Part shown: positions 25,993 through 35,611 of the stretch, one piece after another
How the letters are laid out: each line of letters starts with the position of its first letter
How positions within the stretch are numbered: the stretch's first letter is position 1
Assembly: GCA_041666545.1 (NCBI GenBank)
Contig: JBAYGS010000005.1
Location: 18,842-82,841 of the forward strand
Source of the DNA: Minisyncoccota bacterium
GTDB taxonomy: Bacteria > Patescibacteriota > Minisyncoccia > Phycocordibacterales > JBAYGS01
DNA length: 64,000 nucleotides
Direction of reading: 5' to 3'
The notes under the pieces: model-generated
The model's database searches: none
Seen by the model: only the letters and a program-made list of their open reading frames with translations
Told to the model about the DNA's origin: nothing
Translations under genes and position numbers: made by a program

Positions 25993-26334
25993 CTATTTCT
26001 TAGCTTCGGTTGAAGCTTTAGCAGCCTGCGCAGAGGCAATCTCGGCTTGCTTCTTGGCAGCCTCGAGTTCCTTCTGCATCTTACCGCCGTGCTTAACGAA
26101 CTTGCGGGTTAAAGAAAATTCGCCCAATCGATGGCCAACCATGTCTTCAGAAATCAAAACTTCAATAAAATCCTTGCCATTATGAACGGCAAACTTAAAA
26201 CCAACCATTTCTGGAGAAATCTGGCAGGCCCGAGACCAAGTCTTAATTGGTTCAGACTTTTCAGGACGCTTGCCTGCTATCTTCTTTAGCAGCCTTTCGT
26301 CGACATATGGTCCTTTCTTAAGCGATCGTGTCAT
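25993..26334 (-). CDS. rpsS: 30S ribosomal protein S19 with a Lys/Ala-rich C-terminal extension
   Basis: [19 protein letters not shown]... is canonical S19. Confidence 0.9.
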   Translation of the reverse strand: MTRSLKKGPYVDERLLKKIAGKRPEKSEPIKTWSRACQISPEMVGFKFAVHNGKDFIEVLISEDMVGHRLGEFSLTRKFVKHGGKMQKELEAAKKQAEIASAQAAKASTEAKK

Positions 26335-26516
26335 AGGTTAGTTGGTAGTGAGTAGTTTGTAGTTATCAGAGACAACACCAAAACTACGCCCTTTATGTAA
26401 AAAGCTCCAAACGAGCTAGACGGATAGCTTAGCATAAGTCATTTTAAAGAGCAACTCTGGGCTGGTATAGGTATAAAGTATAAGTATAGGCTCAAAATAA
26501 GGGAGTTTTCACGCAC

Positions 26517-26550
26517 TTGACAATCTGACATATTGTATGATAAAATACTA
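26517..26550 (+). promoter_or_regulatory. Sigma70-like promoter (TTGACA ... TATGATAAAAT) for the inserted gene 26597..26968
   Basis: A TTGACA hexamer at 26517 is followed by an extended TG-N-TATGAT/ATAAAAT -10 region. A strong SD, AGGAGA, lies 4 nt before the ATG. Confidence 0.45.
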
Positions 26551-26596
26551 ATAGAGTTGGAATTTGGCAACAAACAAAAAACGAATAGGAGACAAC

Positions 26597-26968
26597 ATGA
26601 ACAATGTACACATCGCCCCCGGAAGCGTCGGCGCATCGGTTGGTTTTCGAGCCGGCCTGGCAACAGAAATGGCCGCGAAGATCCTGCAGCAGGACGCGCG
26701 AGACAAGCCTATCAAGGAATACCTTTTGAATACCGCCCCACCTTCAGTTCGCGAATGGATTCACGAAAATGGGGTGATTGATGATCTTTTCCATTATGGT
26801 TTCTCCAGCCGTCAGATGCGATTTGGTGAACCTTTGAACGACTCGGCGCATGTCTTGGGGGTCTGCGCCCAACTGGCAAAGGCCTGGAAAGGCCTGGTCC
26901 GGGTCACGGTGAGCAGCAACCCTGAACCACACCGTGTGGAAATCTTCTTCAGCGCCACACGACTTTAG
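26597..26968 (+). CDS. Hypothetical protein (123 aa) encoded on the opposite strand between rpsS and rplB; GC-rich relative to its surroundings
   Basis: ATG at 26597 has a canonical SD, unlike the neighbouring r-protein genes. It has its own promoter and the terminator GGCCCGCGACAGCAGTCGCGGGCCTTTTTATTT at about 26985-27020. Confidence 0.5.
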   Translation: MNNVHIAPGSVGASVGFRAGLATEMAAKILQQDARDKPIKEYLLNTAPPSVREWIHENGVIDDLFHYGFSSRQMRFGEPLNDSAHVLGVCAQLAKAWKGLVRVTVSSNPEPHRVEIFFSATRL

Positions 26969-27032
26969 GCAGGTGGCGTAGCAAACGGACAGGCCCGCGA
27001 CAGCAGTCGCGGGCCTTTTTATTTCTTCTAAG

Positions 27033-27090
27033 TAAGCCCCGACGCCTTGGTCGGGACCCCGGCCTCGTCCGACGAGCGTCGGGGCTAATG
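27033..27090. repeat. GC-rich nested-palindrome repeat AGCCCCGACGCcttGGTCGGGACCCCGgCCtcgtccgacgaGCGTCGGGGCT
   Basis: Same family as 17905-17960, 52843-52885 and 55350-55400. Confidence 0.6.
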
Positions 27091-27114
27091 AAGCTATCCG
27101 GCTAATCAAGCTAA

Positions 27115-27972
27115 CTAAGACAACTTTTGATTTCGATTCTTCCCCACTTTTCTTCGAGAAACAATGAAAACGTTTGAATACTTCTTTGGAGTTCGGGTCT
27201 TTTGGCCCTTGCCTGACGGCTTGCCCCATCTAGTCTTGGCGCGTCTTAGACCTCGGCCTTGCCTACCTTCACCACCACCGTATGGGTGGTCTACCGGGTT
27301 TTGAGCCGAACCTCGAACAGTCGGTCGAATGCCCAACCAGCGAGATCGTCCCGCCTTACCAATATTCACCAACCAATTTTCATCATTGGAAACAGAACCG
27401 ATTGACGCCCAGGCCTGATCAGAGACCTTTCGGACTTCAGTCGACGGCATCTTAAGGTGAGCTGAACCGGCGTCATGAGCAATCACTTCAGCAAAAATTC
27501 CGGCACTGCGAGCAATTTTACCTCCGCCCCTAGCCTTGAGCTCAACATTGTAAACAAAGGTACCAACTGGGATGTTCTTCAAAGGCAAACGGTTGCCAAG
27601 CTTGATTTCAGCTTTTTCAGAAACGATGAAGGTACTGCCGACTTTCAAATCTTTTGGAGCCAAGATGTAGCGCTTCTCACCGTCAGCATAGACAACGAGG
27701 GCGATGAAACCGGTTCGGTTTGGGTCGTATTCAACGGTCAAAACCTTGGCCGGAATATCGTATTTTTCGTATAGAAAATCCACATCTCGAAGCAGACGCT
27801 TGTGTCCACCACCCTTATGACGAGTGGTAATTCGGCCACGGTTGTTTCGGCCAACCGATCGGAAACTTCCCGAGGTCAAACCTTTATGCGGCTCCGAACT
27901 GGTAATGAACTTTCGATATTCAATCGAAGTCATGTGTCGGCGCGATTTGCTTGTAGGTTTGTAAGTTTTCAT
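27115..27972 (-). CDS. rplB: 50S ribosomal protein L2
   Basis: 285 aa, canonical. Confidence 0.9.
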   Translation of the reverse strand: MKTYKPTSKSRRHMTSIEYRKFITSSEPHKGLTSGSFRSVGRNNRGRITTRHKGGGHKRLLRDVDFLYEKYDIPAKVLTVEYDPNRTGFIALVVYADGEKRYILAPKDLKVGSTFIVSEKAEIKLGNRLPLKNIPVGTFVYNVELKARGGGKIARSAGIFAEVIAHDAGSAHLKMPSTEVRKVSDQAWASIGSVSNDENWLVNIGKAGRSRWLGIRPTVRGSAQNPVDHPYGGGEGRQGRGLRRAKTRWGKPSGKGQKTRTPKKYSNVFIVSRRKVGKNRNQKLS

Positions 27973-28054
27973 GGTTAGTTTTAAGTTTAAAAGTTTGGAA
28001 GTTTGGAAGTCTTAACTCTTAACTTCTGAACTTCAGAACTAAAGCGAAGCGTTA
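27973..28054. repeat. TTAGTTTTAAGTTTAAAAGTTTGGAAGTTTGGAAGTCTTAACTCTTAACTTCTGAACTTCAGAACTAAAGCGAAGCG repeat filling the rplW-rplB gap
   Basis: It abuts the rplB start codon and shares GTCTTAACT...AACTnAAGCGnAGCG with the ssrA upstream copy. Confidence 0.55.
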
Positions 28055-28462
28055 CTATATGATTTCGATCTTATCCCCTTTCTTGAGGAAAACATAGGCC
28101 TTTTTCACACCAGCGATTTCCCCCTTAACACCCCTGGCAATCTTTTGCTTGGCGGGATTTCGGACAATCCGAACTTTCACCGGGTTTACCTTGTACATCT
28201 CGGTAATCGCTCGCTCAACGGCCGGCTTGGTAGCAGTGGTGGTAATCTCAAAAGCGTAGACATTATTAGCACCCAAGAACGAAGCTTTTTCCGTAATGCG
28301 GGGTCGAATAATGACATCAGTCGCGACCGGCGCTTTAACCGCACTTGCCGACTTGGCCTTAACGGCAACTTCCGGCTTAGCTTTTACCGCTAAAGCCTTG
28401 GTCTTAGCGACTTTCTTTGGCTTCTCGGCTCCCTCTTCTTTTTTAAAATTTAAAATTCCCAT
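28055..28462 (-). CDS. rplW: 50S ribosomal protein L23 with a Lys/Ala-rich N-terminal extension
   Basis: C-terminal L23 core; position. Confidence 0.8.
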   Translation of the reverse strand: MGILNFKKEEGAEKPKKVAKTKALAVKAKPEVAVKAKSASAVKAPVATDVIIRPRITEKASFLGANNVYAFEITTTATKPAVERAITEMYKVNPVKVRIVRNPAKQKIARGVKGEIAGVKKAYVFLKKGDKIEII

Positions 28463-28467
28463 GTTAG

Positions 28468-29256
28468 TTATTTGGTTGCGGTTTTAGCTTTCTTGGCTGC
28501 AACTTTCTTGGTTGGCTTAGTTTTGACAGTTTTTGCTTTACCTTTAGTCTCTTTTATTTCTGCAGACTTGGTCTCCGCCTTTTTAGCAGCCTTGCCTTCA
28601 AGTTTGCTTAGAAGAAAAGCCAAACTGTTTTCGGCGCCGACGATTATCAAATGCTTGTAGGAAAGGACATCCACCGGATTGATGTTTCGAACATTATCAA
28701 ACTTGATATTGCTCAAGTTGCTGAAACTCTTGGAAAGATTCTTGTTGGTTTCATCGCTTACAATGTAAGCCGAGTTATTATTCTTTCTCAAGACATTCTC
28801 AAAACCCTTGATTTTGGAGAAATTGGACAAAGTTTCAACAGCCACCCTGGTTTTTGGCTCGCTGATTGAAAGACTTTCGGTAAACAAGACTTCACCTTCC
28901 TTGTTTTTGCGGGACAAGATGGTGAAAAGAGCCTTAACCTTGGCCTTCTTGTTGATTTTACGAGAAAAATTCTTGTCGTTTCGAGGACCGTGAGCCACGC
29001 CACCACCTACCCAAATCGGAGAACGAGTTGAGCCGTGTCGGGCTCGGCCGGTACCCTTCTGTTGCCATGGCTTCTTGCCACCACCACGAACTTCACCTCG
29101 GGTTCTAGTGTGAGCAACCGGAGTTCTTTGGCTGGTCTCAATCGAAGTCACGACTTGATGAACCAAGTCGCCATTCCAAGGCAAGCCGAAGACGCTCTCC
29201 GGAAGTTTCAACTTTCCTGATTCTTTGCCGCTTTGATTGTAAATTGTTGTCTCCAT
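28468..29256 (-). CDS. rplD: 50S ribosomal protein L4
   Basis: [24 protein letters not shown]... is canonical L4, here with a Lys/Ala-rich C-terminal extension. Confidence 0.85.
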   Translation of the reverse strand: METTIYNQSGKESGKLKLPESVFGLPWNGDLVHQVVTSIETSQRTPVAHTRTRGEVRGGGKKPWQQKGTGRARHGSTRSPIWVGGGVAHGPRNDKNFSRKINKKAKVKALFTILSRKNKEGEVLFTESLSISEPKTRVAVETLSNFSKIKGFENVLRKNNNSAYIVSDETNKNLSKSFSNLSNIKFDNVRNINPVDVLSYKHLIIVGAENSLAFLLSKLEGKAAKKAETKSAEIKETKGKAKTVKTKPTKKVAAKKAKTATK

Positions 29257-29261
29257 GATAA

Positions 29262-29386
29262 TAAATCAAAATTAAAATCTCAAAATTTAAAATGACAATG
29301 TAAAAGTCAAAATTGGATTCGGAAAAGTTTTAAATTTTAAATTATAATTTTTCATTTTGAGATTTACATTTTCCATTTAGTTGGAA
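29262..29386. repeat. AT-rich roughly 125-bp repeat between rplC and rplD, homologous to 21870-21987 and ending in the same 30-mer
   Basis: AATTTTTCATTTTGAGATTTACATTTTCCA at 29349-29378. The minus-sense strand contains a TTATAAT box. Confidence 0.6.
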
Positions 29387-29989
29387 TTATCCGATAATTT
29401 CAACTAAAGTTCCTCGTCGTCCTGGGATGGCACCGGAAATCGCGATGACATTTTCGGCCGCATTAACCTCGACAATCTTCAAATTCTTAATGGTGATTCG
29501 ATCGCTACCCATTCGACCGGCCATTCTCATACCTTTTGGAACCTTATTTCGGAGACCACCGCCGATTGAACCCGGCTCGCGCTCGGAGTGCTTCTGGCCG
29601 TGAGATCGAGGACCACCTTTAAAACCGTGTCGCTTCACAACACCCTGAAAGCCCTTACCCTTTGAAACTGCCGAAACGGTGACCAAATCCCCGGCCGCAA
29701 AAGTTTCCGGCTTAATCTCGTCACCAACTTTCAAATCTTTAACGTCTCTAAATTCTTTAAGCAAAGCGAACTTTCCGGAAGTTTTTAGGTGGCCGAGTTC
29801 AGCCTTGGTCAAATTCTTCTCATGCTTGGAACCAAAACCAACCTGAACAGCATCATAACCGTCTTTTTCAGAAGTTTTGACTTGAGTGACGATAACCGGA
29901 CCGGTCGAAATAAGGGTGACAGGGGTCACTTTGCCGGCATCAGACCAAACCTGGGTCATATTTAGTTTTGTACCTAAGATAAATTTCAT
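29387..29989 (-). CDS. rplC: 50S ribosomal protein L3
   Basis: MKFILGTKLNMTQVWSDAGK... is canonical L3. Confidence 0.9.
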   Translation of the reverse strand: MKFILGTKLNMTQVWSDAGKVTPVTLISTGPVIVTQVKTSEKDGYDAVQVGFGSKHEKNLTKAELGHLKTSGKFALLKEFRDVKDLKVGDEIKPETFAAGDLVTVSAVSKGKGFQGVVKRHGFKGGPRSHGQKHSEREPGSIGGGLRNKVPKGMRMAGRMGSDRITIKNLKIVEVNAAENVIAISGAIPGRRGTLVEIIG

Positions 29990-30108
29990 TCCGATTAGAG
30001 ATTGGAAATGGAGGCCATTTCCTAGCCTTTAGCAACTAAAGCCATTCAATAGAGTTTGTCGCGTATAGAGATTAAACTGTAATTCTTAACTGTCTTATCT
30101 CTAACGGA
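29990..30108. mobile_element. MITE-like element of about 119 bp with terminal inverted repeats CCGaTTAGAGAT / ATCTCTAACGG, abutting the rplC start codon
   Basis: Same TIR family (CCCGTTAGAGAT) as 53546-53677, 54391-54508 and the short hairpin at 40036-40094. Confidence 0.6.
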
Positions 30109-30308
30109 ACTTAAATCCTTTCCTTTATTGAACACGGCACATGGCCGGCGGTTCGCGAACTTCCTTAAACATCCTTGCAGAAGAGAATTCCGCAATGGGA
30201 CAAGGTTAGCAAATCCTCCCAAAAAAGTAAAGGGCCCACACGAATCGGATTCGCGTGGGCCGGAAAAACGGCTTCAAGTATGCGAAGGGCAGGATTCTGA
30301 GCCAATAG

Positions 30309-30761
30309 CTAACGGCAAGCCGAAGAAATGGCCTCCTGAGCATAGCGATCAAGATCAACTTCCTTTTTGAGCTTTTCTCCTGGGATTTCCGGGCTCCATC
30401 GAAACATTCTGAACCCCTGTCTCGCCAAAACCAGACACAAGGAATCGAGAACAATAAGCGCTCGTGAGTTTCGCCACATCTTCCACTCTTCACTCAATTC
30501 AGGAACATCGAAGGCCTGGCTGCGTGTCGGATTGACCAGGATCAATTTTTCAACAACTCGAAACTCCTTTCTTGGTAAAAATCGGATAGCCGACCGGACA
30601 TCAGCCTTGCTAAGACACACAAATTCCCGCCACCTGGCGCGACCACGACCAATGTTTACATGAGCCGGCGGACACCAGTTGTGATCAAGACAAATCGAAA
30701 ATCCAGCCATCAACCGCCAACCGTCTAAATCAGACAGACGGATCAATTTATTTGCTTTCAC
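30309..30761 (-). CDS. Hypothetical protein (150 aa), followed on its strand by a terminator hairpin
   Basis: The hairpin GGGCCCACGCGAATCCGATTCGTGTGGGCCC plus a T-run at 30232-30262 lies downstream on the minus strand. No family was recognised. Confidence 0.45.
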   Translation of the reverse strand: MKANKLIRLSDLDGWRLMAGFSICLDHNWCPPAHVNIGRGRARWREFVCLSKADVRSAIRFLPRKEFRVVEKLILVNPTRSQAFDVPELSEEWKMWRNSRALIVLDSLCLVLARQGFRMFRWSPEIPGEKLKKEVDLDRYAQEAISSACR

Positions 30762-30890
30762 ATTTTCCTTTCTCTTTAAGTGAATCCTCTCTCGTCATAC
30801 TATTCATCCATCTTATACTTGTCAAATATAAACCCTGTGGTAGTCTAAAAAAGGACATCCAGTTCTAAAACATCAAATGAAAGGCGAAAT

Positions 30891-31679
30891 GTGAGTAAAG
30901 AAAATGAGGTTGAAAGGAAAGACCGATTCATCGACCTGTCACTCCCCCAATGCGGCCCGGTTCTTTATGGCTACGGCAGTGGCGCCTACCATATCAAATA
31001 TCGCGGAGAAATCCTCGTTGATTTTCTCGGTCGCCTCCGAAAAAAGATGGAGAAACTCGCGTCAGAACTCAACCAAGCCTGGAAAGCGCTCGACAAAGCC
31101 AACCCGGAAAGCCCGAGGAACCGCGACATCATTCAGAAGATGCTCCAAGCCGGTTTTTGGGCCTACGCCCAGACTTTGGAAATCCAAATCTATAACAAGG
31201 AGTGCGTCTACGGAATAACCAGCCCCCTTCACGACATCATCGTCAACCCGCTTGAGAATATCTATATGAGGTGTTTCGCGGCCGCCCACATGTGGGGTGA
31301 CCTGGACGAAAAGATGCTCGGACTCAACGGGCTTTTGACCGACTTCGAGGTCAACGGCGGAATCGATCACAAAACCGGAGACAAGGGCAATGGTTTCGGC
31401 AAATCCTTGCTCGATTACTACATCGCTTACTTCGCTCAAAACCAGCGCGGAACCGAAGCTTACTTGGCCTTCGGCGAACTGATCGATGCCCTGTTTCAAA
31501 TGACAAAAAAACGGTACCCGAAAATTCTGACGGAACTCGCTAAAGCAATCCGCTCGAGAATGACCGAGACTTACTACGGCTTCGGTAACAAGGAGGTCAC
31601 TTCCCCGGCTAAAGTGGCGCTCCTTTCGAAGCTTGAAGCAATCACCCAACCGTACGAGGAAAAGGAAAAGGCCGCCTAG
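30891..31679 (+). CDS. Hypothetical protein (262 aa) with an apparent GTG start, divergent from 30309..30761
   Basis: No family was recognised. It contains an R-x5-H motif (RCFAAAH) that could be HEPN-like, but this is weak. Confidence 0.45.
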   Translation: MSKENEVERKDRFIDLSLPQCGPVLYGYGSGAYHIKYRGEILVDFLGRLRKKMEKLASELNQAWKALDKANPESPRNRDIIQKMLQAGFWAYAQTLEIQIYNKECVYGITSPLHDIIVNPLENIYMRCFAAAHMWGDLDEKMLGLNGLLTDFEVNGGIDHKTGDKGNGFGKSLLDYYIAYFAQNQRGTEAYLAFGELIDALFQMTKKRYPKILTELAKAIRSRMTETYYGFGNKEVTSPAKVALLSKLEAITQPYEEKEKAA

Positions 31680-31785
31680 GCCAACCAAATCCCACCGGTC
31701 GTCACCAGACGACCGGTTTTTTATTGTTAACAAAATTCGAGGAGTAAAATATTGACAATGTAATTACATTGTATATACTGAACTC

Positions 31786-32052
31786 ATGACCACATTACAA
31801 ATTCGCATCGACGAAAACACCAAAAAGAGGGCTAAAAAAACTCTCAAGGACCTCGGGCTGGATATTTCCTCCGGAGTGAAACTATTTTTGGAGCAAGTGA
31901 TAACCACCCAATCTATACCCTTTTCCGCCGTTACTCCGGCAGGCTATAAGCTTCGCAATTGGAAGCAACTAAAAATAGAAATAGCGGAAGCAAAAAAAGG
32001 TAAGGGGTACACGACGGCAGAAAAGATGCATGCTGATATTTTTAAAAAATAG
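31786..32052 (+). CDS. dinJ: RelB/DinJ-family antitoxin (ribbon-helix-helix)
   Basis: MTTLQIRIDENTKKRAKKTLKDLGLDISSGVKLFLEQVITTQSIPF matches the DinJ N-terminal consensus. Confidence 0.7.
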   Translation: MTTLQIRIDENTKKRAKKTLKDLGLDISSGVKLFLEQVITTQSIPFSAVTPAGYKLRNWKQLKIEIAEAKKGKGYTTAEKMHADIFKK

Positions 32053-32061
32053 TGGCATTCA

Positions 32062-32340
32062 ATGTACTCTCTTAAACCCACGGCAAAATACAGAAAATCC
32101 ATTAGGAAACTGGCAATGTCTGGCCGATTTAGGATCGGAGACTTAGACAAAATTCTCAACCTGCTTGCTTCTGGTAAAACACTTGAACCGAAGTATCGAA
32201 GCCACCCGCTTAACGGAGAATATGCCGGTTGTTTTGAGTGTCATGTGAAAAGTGACCTACTGCTTATTTACGAAATCGACAAATCAGAACGAGAATTAAC
32301 TATTATTGATATCGGTAGCCATTCGGATTTATTTGAGTAG
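32062..32340 (+). CDS. yafQ: YafQ-family toxin (RelE/ParE superfamily mRNA interferase)
   Basis: KYRSHPLNGEYAGCFECHVKSDLLLIYEIDKSERELTIIDIGSHSDLF matches YafQ. It lies 9 nt after dinJ. A terminator (AAAAACCGCCGAAAGGCGGTTTTTTG) follows at 32341-32372. Confidence 0.7.
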   Translation: MYSLKPTAKYRKSIRKLAMSGRFRIGDLDKILNLLASGKTLEPKYRSHPLNGEYAGCFECHVKSDLLLIYEIDKSERELTIIDIGSHSDLFE

Positions 32341-32450
32341 CAAAAAACCGCCGAAAGGCGGTTTTTTGATCTTACCGCCCCGACGAAATTAAGAAATTTG
32401 TCGGGGTTAAGAAAATTGGCCCCTTACTTTTCAGTAAGAGGCTCAATTTT

Positions 32451-32843
32451 CTACAACATTTTCACATCAATATTCACGCCAGATGGGAGCGAAAGATTGG
32501 TCAAAGCTTCGATAACTTTCGGAGCCGGATTAATGATATCAATCAATCGCTTGTGAACTCGCATCTCAAATTGTTCTCGCGCATTTTTGTAGACGAAAGC
32601 TGAACGGTTGACCGTGTACTTCTTAATCTCAGTCGGCAATGGTACCGGGCCAAGCATTTCGGCATCGAAACGCAAAGCGGTGTCCATGATTTGTTTAATC
32701 GAGGCATCTAGAACCTTGTGTTCGTAGGCCCTGACCCGAATTCGAAGCTTTCCAATGCCCTCTTCTTTGTCCTTCTTGGCAACTGCCTTTTTGACAGCTT
32801 TAGGCTTGGCGACTTTTTCGGTTGTTTTAGTAGTTTTAGGCAT
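32451..32843 (-). CDS. rpsJ: 30S ribosomal protein S10 with a Lys-rich N-terminal extension
   Basis: ...GKLRIRVRAYEHKVLDASIKQIMDTA...VPLPTEIKKYTVNRS... is the S10 core. Confidence 0.85.
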   Translation of the reverse strand: MPKTTKTTEKVAKPKAVKKAVAKKDKEEGIGKLRIRVRAYEHKVLDASIKQIMDTALRFDAEMLGPVPLPTEIKKYTVNRSAFVYKNAREQFEMRVHKRLIDIINPAPKVIEALTNLSLPSGVNIDVKML

Positions 32844-32879
32844 GATTTTAACTAATAACTTTCGCTATTAGTCCGCTTA

Positions 32880-34067
32880 TTAAGCAATGATCTTGGTGAC
32901 CACGCCGGCGCCGACAGTCTTACCACCCTCGCGGATAGCAAAGCGCTGTTTGGCTTCAAGAGCGACCGGAGCAACCAACTTGACAGTGAAGGTGACAGTG
33001 TCGCCTGGCATAACCATTTCAACACCTTCTTTCAAGGTCACCTCACCGGTGACATCAGTGGTTCGCACATAGAATTGCGGTTTGTAGCCTTTGAAGAAAG
33101 GAGTGTGTCGGCCACCTTCCTCCTTTTTCAAGATGTAAACTTCAGCCTCGAAGTCAGTGTGAGGAGTGACAGAACCCGGCTTGGCCAAGACCTGACCACG
33201 GTGCACATCTTCCTTCTTAGTACCTCGCAAGAGTACTCCGGCGTTGTCGCCAGCCATACCTTCAGCAAGAGATTTGTTGAACATTTCAATACCAGTGACG
33301 GCAGTCTTGGCGGTCGGCTTGATACCGACGATCTCAACTTCCTCACCGACTTTGACCTGGCCTCTTTCGATACGACCGGTGACAACAGTACCTCGGCCTT
33401 CGATTGAGAAGATGTCTTCGATTGGCATCAAGAATGGTTTATCGATTTCTCGAACTGGCAACGGGATGTAGGTATCGAGAGTCTTAACCAATTCCAAGAT
33501 GGCCTTTGACCACTCATCGTCAGTGCCAGTAGCTTCCAAAGCTTTAAGACCGGAACCGCGAATAATTGGTGAGTCATCATAGCCGTGCTTCTTCAAAAGA
33601 TCGCGAACTTCCTCTTCAACCAAGTCGATCAACTCCTTATCAGGAACCATATCGCACTTGTTTAGGAAAACGATGATTTTTGGCACACCGACTTGCTTGG
33701 CCAAAAGAATGTGCTCTCGGGTTTGAGGCATCACGCCGTCAGTTGCGGCTACGACCAAGATAGCGCCGTCCATTTGAGCGGCACCGGTGATCATGTTTTT
33801 AATGTAGTCAGCGTGGCCCGGGGCGTCGATGTGGGCGTAGTGACGAGTTTCTGACTCGTATTCAGAGTGGTGAATCGAAATGGTAATACCGCGAGCCTTT
33901 TCTTCAGGGCTCTTGTCCAAGTCACCGACTGAAAGAGTCTTCTTGGCTAGACCTTTTGCGTGAAGTACGCGACTGATAGCCGCAGTCAAAGTACTTTTGC
34001 CGTGGTCAACGTGGCCGATAGTACCAACGTTAACGTGTGGCTTTGAGCGATCAAATGCTTCTGCCAT
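32880..34067 (-). CDS. tuf: Elongation factor Tu (start taken at [11 protein letters not shown])
   Basis: Canonical EF-Tu throughout: [22 protein letters not shown]. Confidence 0.95.
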   Translation of the reverse strand: MAEAFDRSKPHVNVGTIGHVDHGKSTLTAAISRVLHAKGLAKKTLSVGDLDKSPEEKARGITISIHHSEYESETRHYAHIDAPGHADYIKNMITGAAQMDGAILVVAATDGVMPQTREHILLAKQVGVPKIIVFLNKCDMVPDKELIDLVEEEVRDLLKKHGYDDSPIIRGSGLKALEATGTDDEWSKAILELVKTLDTYIPLPVREIDKPFLMPIEDIFSIEGRGTVVTGRIERGQVKVGEEVEIVGIKPTAKTAVTGIEMFNKSLAEGMAGDNAGVLLRGTKKEDVHRGQVLAKPGSVTPHTDFEAEVYILKKEEGGRHTPFFKGYKPQFYVRTTDVTGEVTLKEGVEMVMPGDTVTFTVKLVAPVALEAKQRFAIREGGKTVGAGVVTKIIA

Positions 34068-34264
34068 AATATTTTTAGTTTTGCCTCCCAAAATTAAGCG
34101 CGCGAGAACGTCTACTTAATTTTAAGAATAAAAACCTTAGATTAATAATTAATAAATTTCCCTGTTTGATTAACCTCAAACAAAACAACCGGCGAACCGG
34201 TAAGGATGCGTAAAACGCGTCTGGGTATAATAACAAAGAGCTTAAGAAGATGCAATGGTCGAGC

Positions 34265-35503
34265 TTAAATAGACCCCTTGGAGGTTAAGAGACGCAGAGT
34301 CTCCGGACCGATTCCGCCAAATTCAGCCTTTAAACCGTTGGCTAATTGAAAGGCTACTAGGGCCTTTTCTGTGCAACTCAAGAAATTTCCAGAAATGGGG
34401 CAGTCATGCTTGTCCTTCCCTGCTGGTGGGTAAAAGAGTTTGGTCGCCAGAGCCGCTTGGAGCGAAAGAACAGCCGGACTCCACTTTGTCCCACTCTCGA
34501 CACTCGTAAGCTCTGGAACCAGAAGCACGGAAGGTGGCAGACTGGCAAATCTGTCAGTTTTGAAGAAATCATTGAGCCCTAGATAAGTCTGGTAGGCCAA
34601 ATCCTTGATTGCCAGACTGCGAACCTTAGCATCTAGAAATCTCGGCTCATAGATATAGCCATACTCGATTAAAATTCCGGCCGGATCAAGCGTGTTGAAA
34701 GCACCGACAGCAATCAATTCCTGATCCGAGACAATCCCCCGATCTTCCTTTGGTAAATTGCTCCTCGCATAATAATTATTCAAGTGGTTAAAAATTTTTT
34801 GAGCCACGGCCTGACTGGCTTTTGAATTTGAATATTGACCTTCCGGTACATAGACCGCAAAGCCTTCATATTCACCCGGTGCCGACTTTGGCCGGCCGGC
34901 ATAATCATTGAAATGGATGCTCAAAACCAAATCGGCATAAGATTGATTGGCCCAAAGATTGACACCATAAAGCCTCGTGGCCGTTTCCGAGTCAACCGAA
35001 TTATGATAAACCCCACCTAAATTGCTACTAATTAGACCTTCGTCAACCAGTTGGCCCATTTCAGATTTTTTCCGGTTCAAAAAACCCGAGATGACATCCT
35101 TTTGACTGACTAGAAACTGGGAAAAAGCCGGATTGTAGCCATTTTTGTCTCTGATTAGAATAATTTCAAATTCTTTATCGTCTGCAAACATGGCCGACAA
35201 ATCTTGAGCCAATTCCAAATTCATATCGGCCTCGCGAACACCCTTAAATTCGGTCCCACCAGAATTGTTGTCATGGCCGGGAACAATTATGATTCGAATC
35301 GGCCGGGCGCCCGCCTTAGATTTGTCATACCTAGCAAACAAAGCCTCTTCGGTAATACTGTCCGAGAAAAAAACCGAAGCCAAAAAGTTTTTCGGATTAA
35401 GAGTCGACACTAACTTACCAAAACTGCCGGGCGACAAAGACCAAAACAGAAAAAATAAAGCGGCGGCCATGACCAAAAATGCGACAGACCGTTTTAATTT
35501 CAT
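34265..35503 (-). CDS. Secreted or membrane-anchored N-acetylmuramoyl-L-alanine amidase (Amidase_3-like) with a C-terminal peptidoglycan-binding domain
   Basis: N-terminal signal/TM, then IIVPGHDNNSGG, which is GHGG-like for Amidase_3. A C-terminal ...TEKALVAFQLANGLKAEFGGIGPETLRLL matches the PG_binding_1 motif. Confidence 0.65.
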   Translation of the reverse strand: MKLKRSVAFLVMAAALFFLFWSLSPGSFGKLVSTLNPKNFLASVFFSDSITEEALFARYDKSKAGARPIRIIIVPGHDNNSGGTEFKGVREADMNLELAQDLSAMFADDKEFEIILIRDKNGYNPAFSQFLVSQKDVISGFLNRKKSEMGQLVDEGLISSNLGGVYHNSVDSETATRLYGVNLWANQSYADLVLSIHFNDYAGRPKSAPGEYEGFAVYVPEGQYSNSKASQAVAQKIFNHLNNYYARSNLPKEDRGIVSDQELIAVGAFNTLDPAGILIEYGYIYEPRFLDAKVRSLAIKDLAYQTYLGLNDFFKTDRFASLPPSVLLVPELTSVESGTKWSPAVLSLQAALATKLFYPPAGKDKHDCPISGNFLSCTEKALVAFQLANGLKAEFGGIGPETLRLLTSKGSI

Positions 35504-35611
35504 TTTTAAATGATACCACGCTACCAGAAAGCCAAAAACCGCCTCTCGGCGGCTTTTGGCTTTCTGGATTGTGCGCTTGAATCTTGAATCTAAATTCTTG
35601 AATCATTCGAC

